Shown here piece after piece: positions 39,387 to 59,725 of a DNA stretch of 64,000 nucleotides. Made by a program: the position numbers and the translations under genes. Location of the stretch: the NCBI RefSeq assembly GCF_009914755.1, contig NC_060934.1; one strand, given 5' to 3'. The notes under the pieces were generated by a model. The model saw only the letters and a list, made by a program, of their open reading frames with translations, did no database searches and had not been told where the DNA came from. Every line of letters starts with the position of its first letter. Within the stretch, counting starts at the first letter, position 1. This DNA comes from the human T2T-CHM13v2.0 reference genome, Homo sapiens.

Positions 39387-42139
39387 TATATATATATACA
39401 CATATATATATTATATATACATATATATAATATATATACAGATAATATATATACACATATATAATATATACACATATAATATATATATACATATATAATA
39501 TATATACATGTAATATATACAAATATATAATATATATACATGTATTATATATATAATATATACATGTATTATATATATAATATATATATAATATATATAC
39601 TATATATAATATAGTATATATATATTATATATAATATATACATATAGTATATATAATATATATTATATATAATATATACATATAGCATATATAATATATA
39701 TTATATATACATATATGTACATATAGTATATATAATATATATATACTATATGTACATATATGTATATATATTATATATACATATAGTATATATAATATAT
39801 ATACTATATGTACATATATGTATATATATTATATATACATATATGTATATATAATATATATACATATATGTATATATAATATATATACATATAATATATA
39901 TACATATATGTATATATAATATATATACATATATTATATATTATATATACATATATTATATATTATATATACATATATTATATATAATATATATGATATA
40001 TTATATATAATATATATGATATATTATATAACATATATAATATATATATAATATATACATATAATATATATATTATATATACATATATAATATATATATT
40101 ATATATATAATATATATAATATATGTATATATAATATATATTATATATACATATAATATATATTATATATACATATATAATATATATTATATACGTATAT
40201 AATGTATATATTATATATACATATATAATATATATTATATACGTATATAATGTATATATTATATATACATATATAATATATATTATATACGTATATAATG
40301 TATATATTATATATAATGTATATATTATATATACATATAATATATATTATATATGGATATATAATATATATTATATATATAATATATATTATATATGTAT
40401 ATATTATATATAATATATATTATATATCCATATATAATATATATTATATATACATATATAATATATATTATGTAATATATATTATACATATAATATATAT
40501 ATTATATATTATATATTATATATACATATATAATATATATTATATATGTACATATATTATATGTGTATATATATAATATATGTACATATATTATATGTGT
40601 ATATATATGTATATATACGTATATAATATATATTATATATGTACATATACGTATATATACACATAGATTATATATACATATATAATATATACACATATAT
40701 AATATATATGTACATATATAATTGTACATATATGTGCATATATAATATATGTACATATATACATACATATATATTATATATAGATACATATTATATATAC
40801 ATATATAATATATATACATACATATATATTATATATAGATATATATTATATATACATATATAATATGTATACATTCATATATAATATCGAGATATATATT
40901 ACATATACATATATAATATCGAGATATATATTATATATACATATATAATATATATACATACATATATATTATATATAGATACATATTATATATACATATA
41001 TTATATATACATACATATATAATATATATAGATATATATAATATATATACATACATATATAATATATATAGATATATATAATATGTACATACATATATTA
41101 TATATAGATATATATAATATGTACATACTTATATAATATATATATACATATATAATATATATATATTATATATACATATATAATATATATATATAATATA
41201 TACATATATAATATATATACATATATAATATATACATATATAATATATATACATATATATTATATACATATATAATATATATACATATATATTATATATA
41301 CATATATAATATACATACATATATTATATATACATATATAATATACATACATATATATTATATATACATATATTATATATACATATATATTATATATACA
41401 TATATAATATATATACATATATAAATATATACATATGTAATATATATACATATATAAATATATACATATAAAATATATATACATATATAAATATATACAT
41501 ATAAAATATATATATACATATATAATAGATACATATATAATATATATACATATATAATACATATACATATATAATATACACATATATCATATATACATAT
41601 ATAATATACACATATATCATATATACATATATAATATACACATATATCATATATACATATATAATATACACATATATTATATATACACACATATAATATA
41701 TACACATATAATATATATACATATATAATATATATACACATATAATATATACACATATATAATATATACATATATAAAATATATACACATATATAATATA
41801 TACGTATATAATATATATACACATATATGATATATACGAATATATCGTATATACGTATATGATATATACGTATATATCGTATATACATATATACGATATA
41901 TACGTATTATATATACGTATATATCGTATATACGTATATATGATATATCGTATATACGTATATATGATACGTATATATCGTATATACGTATATATGATAT
42001 ATCGTATATACGTATATATGATATATACGATATATCGTATATAATACATATATATGATATATACGTATATGATATATATGTATATATAATATATAATACA
42101 TATATATTATATATACATATGTATACATTATATATATAC
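39387..42139. repeat. ~2.75-kb complex TA-rich microsatellite/VNTR
   Basis: Almost entirely TA-based, with higher-order units (48 bp near 40171-40320; 30 bp near 41561-41680). Confidence 0.98.
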
Positions 42140-43114
42140 TTTCAAGGAAGATATAAGTTAGGAAGGGCACATAAAATGTTTAAGTTAGTAACCATAAGCT
42201 CAAGTCATCAAGACTAAGCAAAATAATATTTAGACATGTATTTCATATGGAATGTACACAATTTAGTGAGATATAAGAAGATAATCTTAAATAGCATTAT
42301 AAAAATAAATCTACTTTTTTTCCTTTTATAAGTTAAGTGATATATTCTTTAACAAAAACAACTTATATATCTTAGACAAGTTTTTGTGTGGTATTGCTCA
42401 ATATGAATTAGAAATAAAGTCAATTCCCTTATGACTGGGCTTTATGTCAAGGAAAGCAAAATTTTCCTCCCATATCAAGCATTTTAGCATCTCTTTTAGA
42501 CAATATGCTCATCAGCATTATTTGGGGATAGAGATTATGTCTGCTCCTTGGAGTCAACTTCTTCCCTTTTATTCCAAGAGTTTCACTGATCCTGGGAAAT
42601 CTAACATTAAGCAAAGATTGGAAAATAAGGAGATTAGTTTCTTATTTCTCCTTATCATGTTTTACTTTCCTAATACTTTATGTATTGCATCTCTTCTTCA
42701 AATGCTATAGATCGCTCCGCTATTTTAGAAAGTGATTTGACAGAAATCAAATTTTCTCTCATCATTTTGTATTAGCAGTGGCTTTCAGAATTAAATTATT
42801 CAAGAAAAAATCAAAGTTTCTTTAAACAATATATTTTCTAGACAAGAAAACCCTTAGTAAATTAGCAAAAATATCAAACTCCATTGAAAACATCATTTTC
42901 AGGCAACCCCAAATTTTTAAGTCATTCAAGTTTAATAATGTGTTCATCTAGAGATGAAAGCATATCTTTACCATTTATACAGGTGCTTTCTACTAAAATC
43001 GTCTTAAAATTCTTCTAAGTGAATTTCAGGTAATTTCTTCATTATGAGGTTCATTCATTTCTGAAAAACTGGAAGTTGCAATGAGAAAAGATTTTCATCA
43101 TTTCTGAACTTGAA

Positions 43115-43235
43115 ACTTCATTACACAAATATTGACACAGCAACCACCTTGTGACAGTTCTTGTTCTAGGCTACTATCTATCAGTGAAATAAAGGAGACA
43201 GAAATCTTTGCCCTCATAAAGCTTATATACTCTTA
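43115..43235 (-). mobile_element. L2 remnant
   Basis: ttgttctaggctact...agacagaaatctttgccctcataaagcttata. Confidence 0.55.
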
Positions 43236-43835
43236 TGATAAAAATTACTTCTTAAATGTAATATTAAGTATTAAAAATGTAATAATGCTTTATTAATTAT
43301 TGTATAAGGTTGATTCTGTTGTTATATTCTTCAACCATAAACTCTTTAATAACATTACACCTAAAAGTATGATCACAAACTATAAACTAGAGTCAATGTT
43401 TATACCTAATACAACTTTTGTGTGAAACAGCCCAACAGAAGATGCACAAAACACTTAATGAAAGCTATGTAATAACATCATGGTGGCTATCAACAAATAA
43501 GGGAACATTGTGGTGCAATGATTAAAATACAGTTATCAGTTATATACAATAACACCTTAGTGTTTGACTTGGGGCCCCTACAGTAGAGCCTCTATTTGGC
43601 TCTCACATAGCCAAAAACCTCCATATAAGATGAGCTCACAAGGTGGTGGGTTAACCAAAATTTATGCTCCCTTTACTAGACCAAAGTCCAAGTCCACAAG
43701 ATGTAAGGATTCCTTTAAGACCCCCAAATTTTCTAATTCTGGTGTAGCCTTCTTCCTGGATCTGTCTTTCCATGACAGATTATAATACTGGTGCCTGTAT
43801 TCCTAGTTCTGAGAGGTGAACAAAGAGTAAGTGTA

Positions 43836-44130
<295 letters not shown>

Positions 44131-44469
44131 GAAGTGTATGCAGGGAGTTTGAGTAAAAGTTGGTCAAATAGTATCCTGAGGTATTGACCTGCACAAGACA
44201 CTTCTAGTGTATGATGAAACCATAATTGAGAACTCACAGACAAGATCTGGCTAAAGGACTAAAGCAGTGGCTAAATCTCTGTTAAACCATGTCCCCCCAT
44301 GAAATTCTGAGGAGTTTGAGAATTTTAGATTTAATCCTGGCCTTCCAGGTTGTTATGAAGATATATTTGTCTATGTGGGATTGAAAATACACATTGTTTA
44401 ATATTTTGTTCGTTTGATTTGTAATTTTCAAATATTTATTTAGTTAGTTATTTTTGCTTTGTTTTAAAT

Positions 44470-44594
44470 TTATATATATTTTTTATTTTCAGTGATGTGG
44501 TCTCACTATGTTGCCCAGGCTGGCTTCAAACTCCTGGACTGGAGTGATCCACCCACCTTGGCCTCCCAAAGTGCTGGGTTTACAGGTGTGAGCC
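44470..44594 (-). mobile_element. Alu left-arm monomer (FLAM-like)
   Basis: gtctcactatgttgcccaggctgg...ccaaagtgctgggtttacaggtgtgagcc. Confidence 0.85.
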
Positions 44595-45129
44595 TGTAAG
44601 TCTCAAAGGGGAGACTCCCCTTAGTCTCAAAGGAGAGACTCCTTCAATTCTATAGAAAAAAACAACACTATAAACAAATAGATATTTTCTAGACAGATTC
44701 CCACTAACACCTTCTACAGCTTAGGGCAGGAGAAAAAAATCATAATTCATAAAACTAAAGATCATACTTTAGTATGTGCTTTTTTCAATGTTGATTTCAC
44801 CCTCAGCACTTAAAAATAGCAGATAAAATTATTCTGTTGTGCCTTCCCATGCTTCCACATTTTCTAACCATCCCTGTTAAGCAGCTGAATCAGGATATCC
44901 ATTCATGTCAACAAGATGTATACACATTTTTGTCTTCTTCCATTCCCCTTTTATCTGGGAAAACAGAACTCATGAGGTGCCAGGCAACAAACTCAAACAC
45001 AAACTTTTACAACCTACAAGCCAATAGTAGTCAAATAGTTTACTGCCTATAATATTGTCCTTATAAAAATAAGTAAATATGAGAAATTATTTCTGCAAAC
45101 ATTGTAAGAATTTAAAAATATGCTATAAT

Positions 45130-45495
45130 AAACTCATGGACATAAAAGAGTAGAAGGATGGTTACCAGAGGTTGGGAAGGGTAATAGGCAGGGAGGTGAG
45201 GGGAAGGTAGGATGGCTAATATGTACAAAAAAAAAAAATTAGAAAGAATGAATAAGACCTAATAGTTGATAGCACAACAGGATGACTACAGTCAATAATA
45301 ACTTAATTGTACATTTTTAAATAACTCAGAAAGTGGAATTGGATTGTTCATAATACAAAAAATAAATGCTTGAGAGGATGTGTACCCCATTCTCCATGAT
45401 GTGATTATTTCACATTGCATTAGTGTGTTAAAACATCTCATTTACCCCATAAATACCTACACGTATTATGTACCCACAAAAATTAAAAATAAAAG
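45130..45495 (+). mobile_element. L1MA2/3-like 3' end
   Basis: gtagaaggatggttaccagagg...tatgtacccacaaaaattaaaaat; imperfect TSD aaaaatatgctataat / aaaagatgctacaat. Confidence 0.85.
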
Positions 45496-45639
45496 ATGCT
45501 ACAATGCAAAAGATGGAAAATTCTCATATAACTCAAATAAAGAATACAGTGCAGAATATTCTAGAAAATTTCTCACTTATAGTCTAATAAAATAGAAGCT
45601 ATTTACTTTTGTATCTAAGCATGCAGAGATAATCATAAG

Positions 45640-46648
<1,009 letters not shown>

Positions 46649-46772
46649 AATGAAATCATCTCAGACCAAATGGAGAGTAATACAATGCTAAGGAAATAAA
46701 AGCCATGACAGGGGCAGTTAAAAGCAGTTTACATACCATCCTCAGAAATACATTTGCGAAGAAGTAAACTTA

Positions 46773-46966
<194 letters not shown>

Positions 46967-47129
46967 TTATAATAAAAGTAGAAAACAGAAAAGATCAGTA
47001 GACTGAAAGTTCTTTCTAAATAGTATATCTTTTTTATTTCTGAAATAGCACCCAAACTGTACCAAGCTCTGTACCAAACTCAGACAGAAGTTCTGATTAG
47101 GTTTGAACCAGCTCGGTGCAGGGTCAAAC

Positions 47130-49300
47130 AATACTTCACCCTGAGTCTGCACCGCAAATATTTTACGTCTTTCCAGGACTTCTCAGATTGAATAGCGTGG
47201 AATGCCTGGAGGAAACTCACAGGGCACTCACGCATATGCAACCTTGAAATGTGGAGAGGTTAATGCTCATTGTGTTATCCTCAACTAGTGGAGAATGGGA
47301 GCCAAGAAATCAATGTTAAACTCTTTGATTCCCCAGATACATAGTTTTGAAACACATTCCATAAGGCTTTTCAGAATGTTTTGGGAGTTCCAACTTTGGT
47401 TGTCCATAGCACAGAGCGTATGGAGAATGCATTCTTGTATTGCCTTTTCTTCTCCATTCCTGTTCCACTGCTGTGGCTTTTACTCCCTGGAATCACTTCC
47501 CAAATAAATAGCCTGCTTGCAGATCTTTTTCTCAGGTGCTGCTTCCAGGAAGGTTCCGTTAGACCACAAATGTCACTAAAAAACTGACCTACAGAATGGA
47601 ATTTAGGAAATGTATAATATACAGATGGCAACAATGTCCCCCATGCCATTAATAAATGAGGGTCGTGATAACCCCTGATATGAAAAAGCATCAAAAAAAG
47701 CATCACTACAAGCTCTGACGGAAGAGTGCTGTAGCACTTAAATAGTAAAGACACAATGATGAATAGAAACCGTATGGAGATTGTTGGCCTTTATTACCTG
47801 CTTTAACCTCCCCTCACCCCACAAATAAAAGAATGAAATAGGTTAGCCAAATTTCAATTATACTAACAACATTATGCTAATTCAACTTGTCAAAAAATGA
47901 AAAAAAAAATAGGTGCCCTAGATGGTCAAGTAAGATGGATGCATGTCTGATGATGGGACGTAGACCTCAATGAAGTTTCAGGGTTTTCCTTCTGGGTAGA
48001 ATGTTTAGGAGTCCAGCAGTATGGAGCATTCTGGAATGTCTACCACCATTGGGGCATATAGTTTTCACCTCCAACTTAGAAAGAGATACAATACATAGTG
48101 TATCTCTTTGGAATTTATAACACCATATTCTGTGTAGGAAAACAATTTTTTTAAACATATTCATTGGTGATTCAGAAAAATTCCTGTTTTAAGTGGGGTC
48201 CAGAGTAAGCAAGAGTGCTGTAGCAAATTGGTACTTTGGCCATGTGACCCAGTAAATATCACAGTGCTATAGGTATTCATGATGAATAAGAATCCTGTGT
48301 AATATATCTGGTAAGTCCCAACTGGAAAATCCCAGAGCTCACACATTGAGTTCTGGATCAAGGTCTTCTACAGCGGAAAACTACTTTATTTTAAAACAAC
48401 AATAAGAAAAGTTCCTGTTATAGGATCAAGTAGAGTCTGAGATCCTGACCATGAGAACACTGTGCAAGCAAGGGTCTTCACGTTCAGCGATAACTAGAGC
48501 CAGACATTCAAACAATACTGCAGTACTTTCTTATATGGTGAAAAAAGTTCAGCCTCTTTTGGCACCTACGACATTTGCACTGAAAATTGTCTTCCTGCAT
48601 CTATGGTAACATTGATGAACAAAGAAAAATATGTCAGGTCTAGTTTACAAATGTATTACACAGTATGTTGGTATTATCTACAAATAAATTGTTACCATGC
48701 TATTGTCACATTCAGCAATGGGCCTATAAATTATCCCAGGAGTCAAAGAGATATTTTACTAGGAATCAGAAGTTTGAGTAGTACAGTTGATTATTTATTT
48801 TGTATAGAGGCAGTAATTACCTGAGTTATAGATATCCACAAACTTGAGGCCACAAATTGTTTGGATAGCTATTAGGGGATCTGTAAGGAACCCAATTTAA
48901 AGTTGGAAACAAAGAGTCTGGGAAACAGATATGTAGATGAGCTAATGGGCATTATTACAAAGCCTACAGAAATCAGAAGAAGCACTCAACAATTAACAGT
49001 CCAGCTGTTCTCCCTACAGTTGTCAAACAGCCTCTCTATCCACACCATTATTAGCATGGCCATGGTGGTACGGGTAGAGGATATGCATGGGCATAATGGC
49101 CCAGGTTTCCTATTTCCAGTTTGATCTACAAATTGCCGCCATTTAATTGTCCGCTGGTTACAAAAGACACTGATAAAAAAAGAAAAAATCCTCATGAATT
49201 TGCTTCCACCAAGGGACATAGTGAAGGTTTTCTAAACTTGAAGTCACAACTACTCTCTAAACAATTTGGGTTTATTATGCCCATACAGAGAGTCTTACAG
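47130..49300 (+). mobile_element. LTR16-type ERVL LTR (~47130-47566) followed by degenerate ERVL internal pol
   Basis: LTR end aatcacttcccaaataaa...ctcaggtgctgcttcc; pol-like remnants (tttaagtggggtccagag ~FEWGPE; ttctggatcaagg ~FWSK; RNase H-like 48800-48945). Confidence 0.65.
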
Positions 49301-52300
49301 AACACTAGCAAAGTCGTGGGTAGTAGAGGAGGGGTCACAGAAGATTCTAATTAATTTTTTTTCAGAAAGACAATATAACTGCAACAGAAATATGTGTTTA
49401 CATTCATATTGACTTCGTAAATATATCTATGTGTGCATGCATATACACAAATATATAATACTTAATATTCAAATTATATGTATAATATTGATATTCAAAT
49501 TAGCAAAAGAAAATTTTTGTTACCCACTAGGCAGGAAAGGTGAAAGTTGAACAAAATAAAATGAAAAAATCATATGTAAAATTTTAAAAAAACTATTAGA
49601 AAAGTGAAAACAGAAATAAATATATCAGGAAATAAGAATCCCAAATATCAAATTACCAAATAGTCAATAAATATTATTCCAGTGTTAATTACAAACATGG
49701 TCATGAACAGATTCTTAGTGATGCAGTTCATAACCTCCTTTTAGGAAGAAATTGTCATTCATGATGAAATGCTTAAGAAATTTTTATATCATCTTTAAAG
49801 AAATTAAGACCTTCTCTGGGAAACTAACTACTCACCTACTTAACTTAATGATAGTTAAAATTCTAATAATTTTTAGCCAGTATCCTTTCTGTTTGCACTC
49901 AGTCTATAAGTGATTATACATCAACACTCTTTTCACATAAAAAACTATAAAAATAAATTACGTAAGTGGCATGCTAGAAATTTCTTTCATAGAATATTAA
50001 AACTAAAATGTTGGCATATGGTCAAAACTAATTTGAGGGGAACATTTTAACTTTCAGAATAGTAATTTCAGTTTATTTATATTTAAATTCTCCATAGCAT
50101 AAAGACCCTCAAATTAGATTTATTAATATAAGTGGCCTGTCTCACAAGAAATTTGATAAAATAAATTTTAAAATTAACATAAATGTATTTACATTGTGCC
50201 TTATTCATACTTATCAAGAAACACCATCCGTTATTACTAATATCTACTTGTGCTACCTTAGAATATCCCATATATACATATGTAAACTCTATATAAATAT
50301 TCTATATTTACTTATATGTATATATGAAATATGAATTATGAAATGTGAAATTCCATATGAAATATGAAATTCCATATATGTATTTATGGAATTTATATTT
50401 ATATATATTTCAATATAAATATATTTATATTGAAATAAATCTATTTCAATAATATATACATATTTGTATCTCATTTACATGTTGTCTTGTTAAATTCAGC
50501 TTATCATTCTAGCTAAAAAGATAGTTTACTGCCTACATCAGTCGTTTAACCAATTACTTCTCCTTGCACCTTTGTATAACATGCAGATTTGATGAAATCT
50601 GCAGCAATTCCATTTATGAGGATGCTGCAATAGGTAAGAATAAGGATAACACACCAAAAGAGATTTTTCTCCAATCAGTACTATAGCACATTAACTTAAA
50701 ACAACTTAACTAAACGTTATTCCACTAACCTGATTGAATGGCTTTCTAAGTGTTTCTGCAAGAGTGTTGGAGGATTTAAAAAGGAAGAAATATAAATATT
50801 TTTGAAAACCGTATTTCTTTCTGCTAGTCAAAGAGTTTCTAGACCAACTTTTCTCTAAGTCACTGTTCATACAACACAGTTGATATTGAAAGTCTTAGAG
50901 TTATGTCATGCAGAACAGGTAAACAGAGATGTAATTGTGGAAAATCTTTCTGTGCATTACATAAATACAGAGCATCTAATGCTGCTGGCATCATTCCATG
51001 TAATGTAAAGGAAGGATTTAACATTTGACTTGCTCATTTTATCTGAACAATTCAAAGTAAGAAATTGGTTCTCATTTCATATAAATAAATGATACCATCG
51101 CAAATGTCAATACTGGGAAAGTTTCTACCTGTCGCGTGCTGAGAAACTTGACTACAGCCTAGGGCAACAAGGAAGAAGTTCAGGGGTAACACTGTTGGGA
51201 ATTTCCATCCAGCAATTTGTTGTCAAATGCATGGATGTGAGGCCCCAAATGGCTCCAAAACTGCTTGCTCCAATGACAAGAGCAACAAAGCGCTCATTTC
51301 CAATTACCAAGGGGCTTTAAACTGTAAACTGTATTCCACTTCTGTCAGCTGCTCAGAAACCTGGAAAGGGAAATCAGCACATTTCAAAACTAAATTGTCC
51401 AACGCTGTTGCATATGTTTATGTAGCATTCTGGTCAGTGTACCTTTGGTGAATAAAATGTTAATGGAGCATGTTTGGAATACTGTTCCTTGTGTGATGGA
51501 TTTTGCTTAGAATAGTAAAATTGTCTTTTCTGAAATGAAACATTGTATTTGAGGAAATTTAAGTATTATATAAGCAAGATTATCCCAACATATTTTAAAA
51601 ACCTTAACACTAAAATACACTTTAACTTGATGACCTGAGAATCATTCCGGTTTCAGACTTTCATCTTTTATTAGTTTTTCATGTTTTTAAACCTTAAGAT
51701 AGGTATATAATCCAAGTGAGATTAGAAAGAGTTGACAACATTGCAAAGAAAAACAAAAGTTTACATGTTATGTGAAGACTGTTGACATCACTTTCTCTGG
51801 AGAATTTTCCACAGATACTCCCATCTGCTCTCCAAACATCTATGGGCCCATCATTTCCTACTCATTCCATACAAGAAAGCTTCTCACTTAGAAACGAACT
51901 CACTTAAATTATTTGCCTAATCTCTACAAGTATTTGGATCAGTGACCCTATACAATCCCCTTCGTTCTTCAAGCTAAATTTTGAGGTTTCTTTCTATCTC
52001 TTCTTACAGGTGCAAAAGTATAAACAAGAAACAACATCATGAGTCTCATAGTAATAGGAAATAAACATGTCAAATATTTTATTTAATTTATTAATTAATA
52101 AGGAAAGCAGTAAGTTGTGATGACCAGCTCAAAGACCATTTTAGAAACTTGGGTATATATAAGGTGATACCACTGCCACCTTTGATAAAAAACAAAAACC
52201 AGTTGATGCCCATTTGGACCATAAATTTATATGTCCACCAAAAGGCAACTATTTACATCTCTAATGGACAAAATCTACATTAGCATAGAACATTACCAAA

Positions 52301-52739
52301 TCTAGGATTTTGAATCAAGAGTTAATACATTTTACTAAAAAAAAAACACCAAGAATCCTAGTAAATCTTGCTCCATACCACATGTGATATTGAAAGAATA
52401 TGCTGCTCACCTATTTGCTCTATTTCTAGGATTTGGACAATTTTTCTGATAACAATGAGGAAGCTGATTTTCAGGGAATGCACTATTCAAGAGGGGGAAA
52501 ACATTATAATTACTGTATTTTTTGGCTTCAATTTCTGTGCCCTTGCCAGTATACAAAGCTGAACACTGAGCTATTTTTCAGTGGAAGACAAAGGTTTGAA
52601 TAAGGTTTCCAAGTAGAAAGGAAATGTTTGCAAGGTACTTTCTTAAAAATTAAAATCCTCCTTGTTATAACCATCTTTGCAAAATGTCTTTTTAAAAAAA
52701 AAATCCTTTTCCAAGATTTCATGTGGGATATCACATTAC

Positions 52740-54420
52740 ATTTACTCCTCATGTCTTTTTAGACTCCTTGGCTGAGAGTTTCTCAGGATTGTCTTGTTTT
52801 TGATGATCTTGATAGTTTTGAAAAGCACTATTCAGCTGTATTGTAAAAATCTATCGAGATTTACCTAATATTTTTCTCATGATTAGAGAGTAGTTACGGG
52901 TTTTGGGGAGGGAAACAACAGAGGTTAAGTACCATCCTCTTCAAATCATATCAAAGATTGCTGTTGACCTTGATCACCTGGCTGAGGTAGTACTTGTCAG
53001 GTTTCACTACTTTAATGTTACTCCTTTTCCCCTATTTTTTATGATGTATTCTTTGGAAAGAAGTCACTATTTTCGGCCAACACCTAAGGAGTGGGAGTTT
53101 TCTCCACCTCCTTGACAACAAAGTATCTATAGAGTTTATTCAGAATTATTTTGCAGGATAAAATTTGCCTATCCCCCTTACATGTATTTATTTATTCAAT
53201 AATTTATTTACTTAAGTATGAACTTGTGTATATTTGTTTTTACTTTGGGTTATAGTCCAATGATAATTTACTTTTTTGTTTATTTTTCCCCAGCTTTGGC
53301 CATTGGGAACATTTTCACTTGATTCTTATGCCCCGTTGACATAACCTCATCAATATTTGTTTGACTATATCCTTACTTCTTGGTACCACAAGATGCTCCG
53401 TATTCATCTTGTAGATTTCTTGCCCCAACCTAGATTTAGTCATTTCTCCAAAGAGCTCTGATGTTATTGGATAATGGTATTAGAAACCAAGATCTGAAGC
53501 TAGATGACCTAGCTGTTACTGTGGTGCCATTTCATTTAGGCCCTCTTGACTTACAGAGCAAGAAAATATCTGTGTGAATACTAATCTACACATGTTTTTA
53601 TAGGTAACATCTGTATTTATATTAAGCTAATTATGAGTTTATACTGATGTCTTCAACACTAACTTATTATCACAAGAATCATTCTAGCCTGGTCCCTTTG
53701 CTTATCTGTAAATTTCCAGTACAGCAATGAGAAATCTGATCCCCATTATTTGTTATACATTTTTAATTGTTCATTTCTGGTATGCATGAAGACCAGTATC
53801 AATACTGTTAACCCAAACATCCTTGTGGTATGGCTTTATCGATTGGGGCAAAATGTTATGTACAGTTCCATTTGCCTTTAGCTTTATGGGCTATATTCAT
53901 TTCCAAAGTTACTCTTTTCCTCTGTCCCCTTAAGTAAGGTAATTTCATATATTTATAGTTACAATTAGATATTTTGTCACAAGTTGAAATCCATTTTGAA
54001 ATTCCTCATTCCCAAAAAATGACTTTTGAAATTTACATACTTTTAAGGTTTACTCTTTCTGATATAAAGTTCAATGAGTTTTGGCAAATATATTGCATCA
54101 CATTTCACCACTGCAGTATCATACAGAAGAATTTCATCATCCTAACAACCTCAGGAGCTTCACCTGTTTACTGCCAAACTGCCAGCAATCACTAATCTCA
54201 TTACTATCTTAATAGTTTTGGCTTTTTCAGAATGTCTTGTGATTGGAATCATACAGTATTTATCCTTGGCAGACTGGCCTCCTTTATTATGCAATATGCA
54301 TTTAAGATCCATTCACGTCTTTTTGAAGGCACAATAGCTTGTTTTTTTATCACTGAATAATATTCAATTTTATGGATGTACCACAGTTTGTTTATCTATT
54401 CTCATATTAAAAAACACATT
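52740..54420 (-). mobile_element. L1MC/MD-type 3' region
   Basis: tttttctcatgattagag...gggaaacaacagagg; tggtattagaaaccaagatctg; ggatgtaccacagtttgtttatc. Confidence 0.75.
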
Positions 54421-54424
54421 GTCA

Positions 54425-59675
<5,251 letters not shown>

Positions 59676-59725
59676 AAATGTTCATAGAAGTAATAAACTG
59701 CCATACTTTCCTTTAGAAAGGGCCA

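Noticed and set aside
40298-42170. Long Tyr/Ile-rich ORFs
   Set aside because: Translations of the TA repeat.
52000-52350. Possible ERV internal or other repeat fragment ending in an A-run
   Set aside because: I could not assign it to a family or find termini with confidence.
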